From: Candidatus Kuenenbacteria bacterium
GTDB lineage: Bacteria > Patescibacteriota > Patescibacteriia > UBA11705 > JABHMO01
Direction: 5' to 3'
Assembly: GCA_013202715.1 (NCBI GenBank)
Contig: JABMRF010000046.1
Span: 1-57,310 of the forward strand
DNA length: 57,310 bases
The position numbers and the translations under genes were made by a program. Under the pieces are notes generated by a model. The model was not told where the DNA came from. It ran no database searches and saw only the letters and a program-made list of their open reading frames with translations. Below, piece after piece: positions 39,911-48,328 of the stretch. Within the stretch, counting starts at the first letter, position 1; the number at the start of each line of letters is the position of its first letter.

Positions 39911-40827
39911 AAAACTTTCTCCAATGCAGGAGGGATTTCTTTTCTTTGTATAATTTGTTCTGTTTTGGTAACTAATCCTTCAAAATCAAGCTCTAGTGCC
40001 TTTGTTAGAACTTTTCGGCTTAACTTATCTGAGGCAATAATTGCACAAAAATCTTCTTCCAGATCAACACAATTCAGAAAACAATAGTCACTTTTTTCCT
40101 GCTCCTGAATATTCTTCAACGCTGCAGCTAACTCATATAAATTCTTTTCAACAAACCCTTTCACCTGTAATATTTCTAACTGAGCCATAGCAACTTTCTT
40201 GTTTTTGATATAGACGGTTTTCAAGTCTTCACGTAAAACGTCCGCCAATGGTTTATCAAATTCAGATTTATAAACAAACATCTGGTGAATAAAATCACTT
40301 GGAATATTTATTTTTGACTTTAGCCAGGAAGCCATTTCTCTATCTCTCTCAGTTGTCATTTTTCCTTTGAAATTAAAAGTATTTGAAATAATGGCGAGAT
40401 ACAGCAAAGTTGCTGCCGGTTCACTGATCTCCACTTTACTTTTTTCAAATCTCTCAGAAATAAGAGTTGCAGCGGAGCCGACCATTTCTATTTTAACTTC
40501 AGCGTCTGGATAATCATCAGTATGCGAAGTTATTCTATGATCAATTACTTCTAATATTTTTTTTATGGCTACTTTTTCAAAAACCCGCTGAAGGTTACTA
40601 ACGTCCACCAAAACAATTTCGTCATAATCATCAATTACTGTTTCTATTAAAACTGGTGTTTCAATCTTAAGCCGATCCAACACGTAAAGCACTTCCTTTT
40701 GCGGAACACCATGAATTGCGCATTCAGCTTTTTTGCCAGTTTCATTTAAAAATTCCTTGTACGCAATCATACAGGCAATGCCATCCAGATCAGGCCGAGT
40801 ATAACTTGTGATTAACATTTTGTTCAT
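39907..40827 (-). CDS. ppaC: Manganese-dependent inorganic pyrophosphatase (DHH family)
   Basis: PDLDG, LVD, IDH, VGSAAT, IISNT.NFK; DHHA2-like C-terminus. Start trimmed to 40827. Confidence 0.85.
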   Translation of the reverse strand: MNKMLITSYTRPDLDGIACMIAYKEFLNETGKKAECAIHGVPQKEVLYVLDRLKIETPVLIETVIDDYDEIVLVDVSNLQRVFEKVAIKKILEVIDHRITSHTDDYPDAEVKIEMVGSAATLISERFEKSKVEISEPAATLLYLAIISNTFNFKGKMTTERDREMASWLKSKINIPSDFIHQMFVYKSEFDKPLADVLREDLKTVYIKNKKVAMAQLEILQVKGFVEKNLYELAAALKNIQEQEKSDYCFLNCVDLEEDFCAIIASDKLSRKVLTKALELDFEGLVTKTEQIIQRKEIPPALEKVL

Positions 40828-40861
40828 ACTTTTACATTTTACATTTTCCCTAAAAACTAAC

Positions 40862-41563
40862 CTATCCATGACAAACCGCCACGCAAACAACTTTCTGAAC
40901 GCCGGCTTGCTTCAAGGTTTGTGCCGCTTCAGCAAAAGTAACACCAGTTGTTAATACATCATCAATCAGGATTACTTTGCCGGGAACCGGCTTCTTAAGG
41001 TTGAACTGGAAAGCCTGTTTCAGGTTTTCGAACCGCTCTTGGCGGTTTAATTTGGCCTGCTGATCTGTATTTTTTACTCGCAAAATCAAACCGTCCTCTA
41101 GTATACAATTATATTTCAAACTGAGCACTTTTGCAAGCTCCTCAGCCTGGTTAAAACCACGCTCAATTAAGCGTTTTTTGTGGAGCGGTATTGGTAACAA
41201 AACATTGTTCCAAAAAACGCCTGCCAATTCCCTGTTTTGAATTTGCTGATTAAGAATTTTCGCCAAGGTATGTTTCAAACTCTCAATGTAATTATATTTA
41301 AAATCCTCTACCATTTGCCCAACGAGATTGTCTGTATATGTAGTTGCGACTATAATCTGGTCAATTCCGGTCTTAGAAGAGCATTCTGGGCAAATGCCGA
41401 TCTCATGATCCCCATTATTGCATACAAAACAAGGAAATTTTTCTATGAAACCAATTTTATTAAAACAAGAGGAGCACAAATACTCCCCCTCTTTTCCGCA
41501 ATCAGCACATTCTTTCGGAAAAATATAGTCAAGTAAATTTTCCCAGTATTTTCTTAATAGCAT
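40862..41563 (-). CDS. comF: ComF family (zinc ribbon + phosphoribosyltransferase-like) protein
   Basis: CxxC motifs, PIPLH..RL.ERGFNQA, LIDDV.TTG.T. Confidence 0.9.
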   Translation of the reverse strand: MLLRKYWENLLDYIFPKECADCGKEGEYLCSSCFNKIGFIEKFPCFVCNNGDHEIGICPECSSKTGIDQIIVATTYTDNLVGQMVEDFKYNYIESLKHTLAKILNQQIQNRELAGVFWNNVLLPIPLHKKRLIERGFNQAEELAKVLSLKYNCILEDGLILRVKNTDQQAKLNRQERFENLKQAFQFNLKKPVPGKVILIDDVLTTGVTFAEAAQTLKQAGVQKVVCVAVCHG

Positions 41564-41577
41564 GTTTTAGGAATTCA

Positions 41578-41650
41578 AGCGAATTAAGTTAATTAAGAGA
41601 TTGAGCGAATTTTTAATTAACTCAATTCACTCAATTCGCTCAATTAACTT
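41578..41650. repeat. Inverted 9-mer array pair
   Basis: GAATTAAGT/ATTGAGCGA units facing AACTCAATT/CGCTCAATT units, upstream of comF. Confidence 0.7.
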
Positions 41651-41674
41651 TCCCTATCAGTTTAATCCGCGTCT

Positions 41675-42250
41675 TCACTGCCAGTATGCCGCATCAACCA
41701 CCCAATTATCCCCCCGTTTAACTAATTCCAGTATTACATCCTGTAAAAACTGGGTACTTTCCTGATCAGCTTTTTTCTCCACTCTTTGAGCGGAAACTTT
41801 TACTTTTGCAGTTGACGGTGTCTGTTCCATGACATAAGCCACAGGCGCTAAAGTTGTAATTTCATAATAATATCCATCCGGATCATGCTCTTTTATTAAC
41901 TGATCAAAATATGTATTTTCAACCCAGGCAGCCATTGAAGACGACATCATTGGAACTAACTCCTTGATACTAATATAATCACTTTGATTTGAATAAGTAC
42001 CAAACCTTTCCACAAAATTTTTCGAAAGAAGTTTCATTGAACCCATTTGTTGTTCCTCTGCTGTCGGAGCCGGTAATTCAAGTTTGCTTTCTTCTTCAGT
42101 TGATATTTCAACTTTTGCAACCGGAGCTGTTTCATCCTCAACTGCATCAGGTTTCCGAGCTTGCTCTCCTTTAATAAAAAATATTAAGATCACCGCAATT
42201 ACAATCAAACCGGTAGCGATAATTATAATTAATTTTGTTCTGTTTGGCAT
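41675..42250 (-). CDS. Hypothetical bitopic protein, possibly VirB8/TcpC-like
   Basis: N-terminal TM, then a domain ending LELVK.GDNW.VD (NTF2-like); directly downstream of VirB4. Homology is inferred from position. Confidence 0.55.
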   Translation of the reverse strand: MPNRTKLIIIIATGLIVIAVILIFFIKGEQARKPDAVEDETAPVAKVEISTEEESKLELPAPTAEEQQMGSMKLLSKNFVERFGTYSNQSDYISIKELVPMMSSSMAAWVENTYFDQLIKEHDPDGYYYEITTLAPVAYVMEQTPSTAKVKVSAQRVEKKADQESTQFLQDVILELVKRGDNWVVDAAYWQ

Positions 42251-42321
42251 ATACTGGTTTATTGGTTGATTAGTTTATTGGTTGATTTGATAATTGATCT
42301 CGCTTACATACTTTCCTTAGC

Positions 42322-44205
42322 TTAGGCCTGATCATCTTCTTCCTGCTTGCGCTTTTTTTCCTGGTCTAAAAGCTCTTGCGGATTTGTAGTCACAAGTTCT
42401 TTTTCTAATCCAGAGGCAACGATTTTGATGGCGGCATGACGATCACCGGCAAAGAAAATTCCTTCACCAATACCTGATTCCAAAAGTAAGAACTTTTCTC
42501 CCTCAGTCAGCTGGAAAGTTTTTTGAATAAGGTCGATAGAGGCGGAAGACTGTTTCAATAATATCTTCAAGGCTGAATTGGTAATAATAGACTGACCGTA
42601 CTGGGACAACAAAAAGTCGTTCACGTCCTGCGTAATGGTCGTTACACCAAGGTAATATTTTCGACATCTTTTAACTAAAGCATAAATAAACTTCGCTGAA
42701 TCCTCATGTTGCATGAGCCACCAGGCCTCATCAATAATCAAAATTCTCTTCTTTACTTCTGAGCGAACTACGTTCCAAATGTAATTAATAATGTTATAAA
42801 TCGCCATCGGCCGGAGTTCATCTTCGAGGTCTCGCACACTGAAACAAACCAACTGATTATTCATATCAACATTTGTCGGAGAATTGAACAAACCGGAAAA
42901 AGTACCTGAAGTGAACTTTTTTAATCGTAGAGCGAGATCAGATCCACCCTCCATACCGTCCAAAACATCATAAAGATCCTGCACAATCGGCGGTTCAACT
43001 TTAGTTAAATCTGCGTCCGGAGTAATATCTTTTTTTGCGTAAGCTTCTTTCAGCGCCTGATCCATTAATGAATCTTCCTGAAAAGTCATCTTACCAATCA
43101 TGATTTTGAGCAGACCTTTTAGAGTGATGATAGCACTTCGGAGAATATCAGCTGCATCCATGTCACCAACTTTACGCGGTAAATCAAAAGGATTAATTTT
43201 ACTTTCTGAATTTAGGGAAATATTAACATAAGTGCCTCCAACTGCATCACATAAATTTTTGTATTCTCTTTCTGGATCGATAATGATTACATCAGTCCCA
43301 AGCATCATACTTCTGAGCACCTCAAGTTTGATCGCGAAACTTTTTCCAGCACCTGAAGTCGCAAAAACACAGGAATTAGCGTTTTGCAAAGAAAATCGAT
43401 CGAATAAAACAAGGCTGTTGTTATGACGGTTAATTCCAAACAAAATTCCTTCATCAGTTGTTAATTCTGAAGAAATAAATGGAAAAGATGCGGCGATTGG
43501 TGACGAATTAAGATTAGTTGTAATCATTAATTCATCATTACAAAGCGGGACGGTAGAGCTAAATCCTTGTTCCGCTTGATAAAAAACCCGCTTCGACATA
43601 ATTGAACGCGTACCGAGTACGGCCTCAATATCTTCAGTTAAAATATCCAAAGCTTTATGAGTTTTTTCGTACAAAGTCAGATACAGACCATATTGAAAAA
43701 ACTTTTCCACGCCCTGAGTCAAATCATCACGTAATTTTTCAATATCTCGAAGGGCAGTTTCACGCAGAGGATCGCGCGGAGCACCTTTTTCAACATCAGT
43801 ATTAAGTTGCGCCTGCAAAACACCTACCTTGTTTTTCAATTGTTTTAATATTACCGGCGATTCCATTGGATAAAAGAACATACTAACATCCAATGTAGCG
43901 TTAAAATTAAGTATCGGCGAAAACCATCCGACGCTAATGTAACGTGGATAAGTCATAACAAATAAAGTTCTCGCATAGAGAGGCCCTACTCTCACACAAT
44001 CAGGTTTAACTTCAAAAGCTTCAGGCGCAATTACATCCAGAACCGAAGTGATTCCACGACGATAAACTTTTTCCTGTTCTAAAATTTCCCTCTGCTTTGC
44101 CGAGGTTTTTTTTATTTTTTTAATCTTTTGGGCTTCTACAATTGGTTTCTCTTTCTGTTTTTCAGAAGTCACCGGGGTTTTATCAACATCGCCAGGTTTA
44201 AACAT
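42322..44205 (-). CDS. virB4: VirB4/TraE-like secretion ATPase
   Basis: Walker A FATSGAGKS, IDPEREY, INPFD, Walker B IIDEAW, RKY.LG...ITQ. Confidence 0.88.
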   Translation of the reverse strand: MFKPGDVDKTPVTSEKQKEKPIVEAQKIKKIKKTSAKQREILEQEKVYRRGITSVLDVIAPEAFEVKPDCVRVGPLYARTLFVMTYPRYISVGWFSPILNFNATLDVSMFFYPMESPVILKQLKNKVGVLQAQLNTDVEKGAPRDPLRETALRDIEKLRDDLTQGVEKFFQYGLYLTLYEKTHKALDILTEDIEAVLGTRSIMSKRVFYQAEQGFSSTVPLCNDELMITTNLNSSPIAASFPFISSELTTDEGILFGINRHNNSLVLFDRFSLQNANSCVFATSGAGKSFAIKLEVLRSMMLGTDVIIIDPEREYKNLCDAVGGTYVNISLNSESKINPFDLPRKVGDMDAADILRSAIITLKGLLKIMIGKMTFQEDSLMDQALKEAYAKKDITPDADLTKVEPPIVQDLYDVLDGMEGGSDLALRLKKFTSGTFSGLFNSPTNVDMNNQLVCFSVRDLEDELRPMAIYNIINYIWNVVRSEVKKRILIIDEAWWLMQHEDSAKFIYALVKRCRKYYLGVTTITQDVNDFLLSQYGQSIITNSALKILLKQSSASIDLIQKTFQLTEGEKFLLLESGIGEGIFFAGDRHAAIKIVASGLEKELVTTNPQELLDQEKKRKQEEDDQA

Positions 44206-44236
44206 ATTTTATAATTAATAAATTAGAAATATAAAA

Positions 44237-44917
44237 TTATCCTTCAATCCGCAACTTTGATAAATCTACCAATTTCTGGTTTTTAGCAATCGCTGGATTA
44301 TAAACATTATAATAAAGTTCAATTAAACTTTGGGTGTCAAGCTTGACTACAGTTATTCCCAATGAAGAAATGTTCATTGTCACATGTTCTACTCGTTGGT
44401 TCAGTTCATGAGAATATTTTTCAAATCTATTTTGTTTCAATTTAACAACCTTGGCTGGTGAAAAAACTGTGCCCACCCGACTAAAAAACCCTCTTTTTTT
44501 ATCTTCAATTGCACTATATGGGACTACGATATAAAAATGCTTAGTCATAATATCCCCGCCTTCAACCAACTCTTTGATATAGACTTTATAATTTACAATC
44601 ACTTTCTTTAATAATTCATTTGTCAATTCCCTCTCTGCTGACTCAATTCTTTTTATATAATTTTCAATGTCAAGTTTTCTGGATTGAATAATAATCTGAA
44701 TCGGAAAATTAAGGTAATTCAAAAACGTTACATATGACGAAACCAATGCCTCCTGCTCTTCTTCGGATTTTAAAGCAAAATTAATACTGGACGCCATCAA
44801 AACCGACCTTAATGTTCCGTCTTTTAGAATTACTATATCATTTTTAATTTCTGCAATATCCAGAAACAACTGGGTTGATTGTGAAATTTTGTTGCCTGCT
44901 AATTTTGCGCTATGCAT
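44237..44917 (-). CDS. VirB4 N-terminal-like partner protein
   Basis: I.EI.NDIVILKDG.LR.VL....INF.LKS.EEQ, between PrgI and VirB4. Start trimmed to 44917. Confidence 0.7.
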   Translation of the reverse strand: MHSAKLAGNKISQSTQLFLDIAEIKNDIVILKDGTLRSVLMASSINFALKSEEEQEALVSSYVTFLNYLNFPIQIIIQSRKLDIENYIKRIESAERELTNELLKKVIVNYKVYIKELVEGGDIMTKHFYIVVPYSAIEDKKRGFFSRVGTVFSPAKVVKLKQNRFEKYSHELNQRVEHVTMNISSLGITVVKLDTQSLIELYYNVYNPAIAKNQKLVDLSKLRIEG

Positions 44918-44984
44918 ATATACATTCTTAATTCTTAATTCTTTATTCTTTATTTTTAATTCTTTATTTTTTAAAAAATCACTC

Positions 44985-45434
44985 TTATTTTTCGTCAATA
45001 TGATCAGATATTTCCTGGCCTTCGTAAACACCTCCAGTATTTACCATCAGAGACAAATCTCGTAATCGAGAACCGGAAACTGGATCTTTTTTCTTGTGTT
45101 CTACCTTCGTTTCTTTGAGCCCACTGGCAACCTCGCGAACCACATTGATATATGCCTCCCGATTCCAGACCCTTAGCTTTGATCTTTTCAGTGTCTGTAC
45201 AAAATTTAATAAAAAGTAATGAATCGGACGTCCATTTACCTTGGCAAAAGCTAAAATTGACAAGATCGTTGTACTAAACACTGCCGCGGCTATAAAATAA
45301 AGAAAGGCAAAAACCTTGTAACAAATAAAAGCAACCAATAATGCAGCGAGCATAATTACAAACTGACGAGTCGTAACCGGTCCGATAATTTTATCTTCTA
45401 CGTCAATAAATTGTGGTACTAGAAATTGATTCAT
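44985..45434 (-). CDS. prgI: PrgI family protein (VirB3-like)
   Basis: VPQFI.VEDKI.GP.T.RQF, two TM helices, K.NGRP. Confidence 0.85.
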   Translation of the reverse strand: MNQFLVPQFIDVEDKIIGPVTTRQFVIMLAALLVAFICYKVFAFLYFIAAAVFSTTILSILAFAKVNGRPIHYFLLNFVQTLKRSKLRVWNREAYINVVREVASGLKETKVEHKKKDPVSGSRLRDLSLMVNTGGVYEGQEISDHIDEK

Positions 45435-45541
45435 AAAACTTCATAGTAATTTGGCTTCGCCGTAATTTAGTAATTAATAATGATTTCTCAATTACCTAAT
45501 TACAATCAATTACTATCAATTACCTAATTACCTAATTACGA

Positions 45542-46780
45542 TCAGTTGTTCAGTTGTTCGTTCAGCTTACTAAACATCTCGTATTCACTCAAACTTAAAC
45601 TATCCTTGTTTTCTCTTTGTCTTTTTTCTATTGTAGCTGTGATTGGTTTTTTTTCTCGAATCGCCTCGAGTGTCATGGCAATATATAATTTAAAAACAGA
45701 TGACTTTTTCCAGGCATTAATGCCCTCAAGTTTTTTTCCCAAAGATTGTCCAGCCAGCACTTGAATTTTTTCCATAATTTCTTCCATAATTTCTTTTTCA
45801 TCTTTTCCTAGAGTCCGCAAATCTTTTAGATTCATAAATTCCAACTCTTCAACCGGGCCAATTAATTTACGGTGATGTTTAATATTTTCCAGGCCAGGCT
45901 TAGCCTTTCCTTCCGGGACAAGGTTCAAAGTTGGCCTAACAACTTTTTGAAAAGGCACTTTTTCCACCTCTCTTTTAATTGGTTTGCTCCTAGCCGCAAC
46001 AGCAGCCAGTTTCGCGGTCGGAGTTTGTTTATTATTAATGACCGCAGGTGGAGGCGGTTCCAATCGGTGTTTAATGTCGATAACTTTTTTAACGGAAGTA
46101 TTTCCACCATCTCTTCTTTCTTTTTCCATCAGTTGAGCCTCTTGTTCCAAAAATGCAACAATTAATTCTGCTTTTTCTGAAGGTAACTCAAGGCCACCAC
46201 TTACTCTGGGAACGGTTAAAATATATTTCACTTCCTTTGGTTTTCTTATCCCACGAAAATATGTAACAAGTATATTAAAAAATCTATCTTTAATTTTCTG
46301 ATCACTAAACTCAATTTTTAATTTATTTATAACGTGATTAACTTTTTCCTCGACCAACTTCTTGTCTTGACCACGCCTCTGGTTCAATTCCGGATCATGA
46401 TCAATTTTTTCCAGTTCAATTTCTTCCCGCGGAACAAAAACTATTGGCTGGCTTGCCTCTGGTCTGGCTGTCGGTTTGAGCTGCTTAACGTGGTTAACTG
46501 GTTTAACTGGTTTATCTGGTTTAACTGGCTCAACTGCTTTAACTGTTTCAACTGGTTTAACTTGATTTCCGCTTTTGGCGGAAACTTTTTCAGCAACAGC
46601 TTTCTTTTTTGATTCAAAAGTAAAAACAGGACTTAATACCTTTTTTTGTGTTTCACCAACTTGTTTTTCAACGTTTTGCTCTTTTTCAATTTCTTTAATA
46701 TCAAAAAACTGGCCGTCTTTGTAATATTTCAACTGGCCGTCTTTGTCTTTGACTAACATGTAACCTTGGGTATTAACCAT
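45542..46780 (-). CDS. Hypothetical protein in the T4SS-like locus with VKP repeats
   Basis: 412-aa ORF; a 9-mer tandem array (about 46487-46563) encodes VKPVETVKAVEPVKPDKPVKPV. Confidence 0.65.
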   Translation of the reverse strand: MVNTQGYMLVKDKDGQLKYYKDGQFFDIKEIEKEQNVEKQVGETQKKVLSPVFTFESKKKAVAEKVSAKSGNQVKPVETVKAVEPVKPDKPVKPVNHVKQLKPTARPEASQPIVFVPREEIELEKIDHDPELNQRRGQDKKLVEEKVNHVINKLKIEFSDQKIKDRFFNILVTYFRGIRKPKEVKYILTVPRVSGGLELPSEKAELIVAFLEQEAQLMEKERRDGGNTSVKKVIDIKHRLEPPPPAVINNKQTPTAKLAAVAARSKPIKREVEKVPFQKVVRPTLNLVPEGKAKPGLENIKHHRKLIGPVEELEFMNLKDLRTLGKDEKEIMEEIMEKIQVLAGQSLGKKLEGINAWKKSSVFKLYIAMTLEAIREKKPITATIEKRQRENKDSLSLSEYEMFSKLNEQLNN

Positions 46781-46821
46781 AATTACTATTAATTACAATC
46801 AATTACTATGAATTACCCTTT

Positions 46822-48318
46822 TTAGCTCCACTTGAATTGACTATCCGATAAATCCAAATATGCCAATTGAGAATACTCCGTAACGCCTTTTTGCTGAAAA
46901 ATATTACTTAATTTTGCTGCCTGACGTGCCCCTTCATTCTCAGACATACCTAATCTTTCTAGAAATACAAACTTCAAAAAATACTGTACATACTTAGTCT
47001 GAAAAGGATTTGACTTGAAATCTTCTTCTTGGCCTTGTAAATTATTTCGCTTCAGATAACCAATTTCAAAAGCCTGATAACGAGGGTCCTTTGCAAATAA
47101 AGTGTCCAGTGCTCCGGTTTCAGAGAGAACTTCCAAACAGGCAATAATTTCATGTTTTTTTCTACGTAATAAATAATCTTCCAAGAGATCTGCCACTTTT
47201 TGATATTCTTTGCGTGTTTCTGTAATAATCTTTTCTTTATTCTGATCAATTTTTTCCCGGTCAGCGGATTTATCTTTAATTAAGTCCATAATATCTACCG
47301 AACCTTCTTCTTTGGCGCCTGATGCTTCTTCTTCCTCCTCCTCCATCTTTCTTAAACTTTCTGCGTACTCAGCGCCTTCTTCAGCGCTAAGCGGGAAAAT
47401 AGATATATCCTCTATGCTCATTTTTTTTGAAGTCTCGTAAAATTTCTTAATGGATTTATAAATTTCCAGTAAATCTGATACAACTTTTTTTTCTTCCGGT
47501 TTCAGGGCCTTAACATTTTCCGCTTCGGTCAAATAACGCGCTTTTTCAATTGAACTCATTATATTTTCAATTCCAATATGACTTATATAATCTTTGATCC
47601 AGTTCGCGGCACTTGGAGCCACTTTTTCATTTTTAAGTTTAATTTTATTTTTTGTAATCAACTCTTCGCTATGCTCCAAAGTTCCCAACAGTTCTTTTTG
47701 ATATTTCTGTGATTCATCATTGATCAATAGCATCACCACTCGAGCGGTAAGGTCAAGTTTCAGTTCATAGCCACCAATTTCTAAAATTTCTTTCAGCTGT
47801 GTAGTGAAAACTATTTTTAGGCCCTTGTATTCTTCTGCCGGATTGCTGATTACCAGTGGCACCTTTTTGTCCACCGTCTTATCTTCTTTTCCTTCAGCTT
47901 CTTCAGCCGCTAACTGCTCCTTTTCTTCTTTGAGCTCGTGTTCATATTTTTTGATAAAATCAGCATATTCGCCAGGATTACCGCCAAGCGCTGTAATTTT
48001 TTTTGCAACTTGTCCTTCAAACCAATCTTCATCCAAAATTAACAATCGCTTTCCGCAAATTTCTAAAGCTAATTTTTTCGCTTGTTCCGACTCAACGTCA
48101 ATAAGCTGGCTAATTGATTTTTCCAAATCAGAAATTTCTGTTTGTTTGCGATAAACTTTTGAAATAAGTTTAGTTAGACTGACTATCTGGCCAATATTCA
48201 ATTTAAAAGACTTACTAATTTCAAAATTAGTTTCACTGCCAAATTCAGATTGCAAAGTATGCAAAACCTTCGGTGGTAAATCATTTTCAGCTTTTTTTGT
48301 TGGTGTTGTTTTATTCAT
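46822..48318 (-). CDS. Hypothetical helical protein in the T4SS-like locus
   Basis: 498-aa E/K-rich ORF, co-directional. No motif recognised. Confidence 0.65.
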   Translation of the reverse strand: MNKTTPTKKAENDLPPKVLHTLQSEFGSETNFEISKSFKLNIGQIVSLTKLISKVYRKQTEISDLEKSISQLIDVESEQAKKLALEICGKRLLILDEDWFEGQVAKKITALGGNPGEYADFIKKYEHELKEEKEQLAAEEAEGKEDKTVDKKVPLVISNPAEEYKGLKIVFTTQLKEILEIGGYELKLDLTARVVMLLINDESQKYQKELLGTLEHSEELITKNKIKLKNEKVAPSAANWIKDYISHIGIENIMSSIEKARYLTEAENVKALKPEEKKVVSDLLEIYKSIKKFYETSKKMSIEDISIFPLSAEEGAEYAESLRKMEEEEEEASGAKEEGSVDIMDLIKDKSADREKIDQNKEKIITETRKEYQKVADLLEDYLLRRKKHEIIACLEVLSETGALDTLFAKDPRYQAFEIGYLKRNNLQGQEEDFKSNPFQTKYVQYFLKFVFLERLGMSENEGARQAAKLSNIFQQKGVTEYSQLAYLDLSDSQFKWS

Positions 48319-48328
48319 GATGGTTTAT

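Noticed and set aside
42322-44917. Frameshifted or pseudogenised virB4
   Set aside because: Both parts are clean ORFs with their own start and stop, separated by a 31-bp spacer, consistent with a naturally two-gene arrangement.
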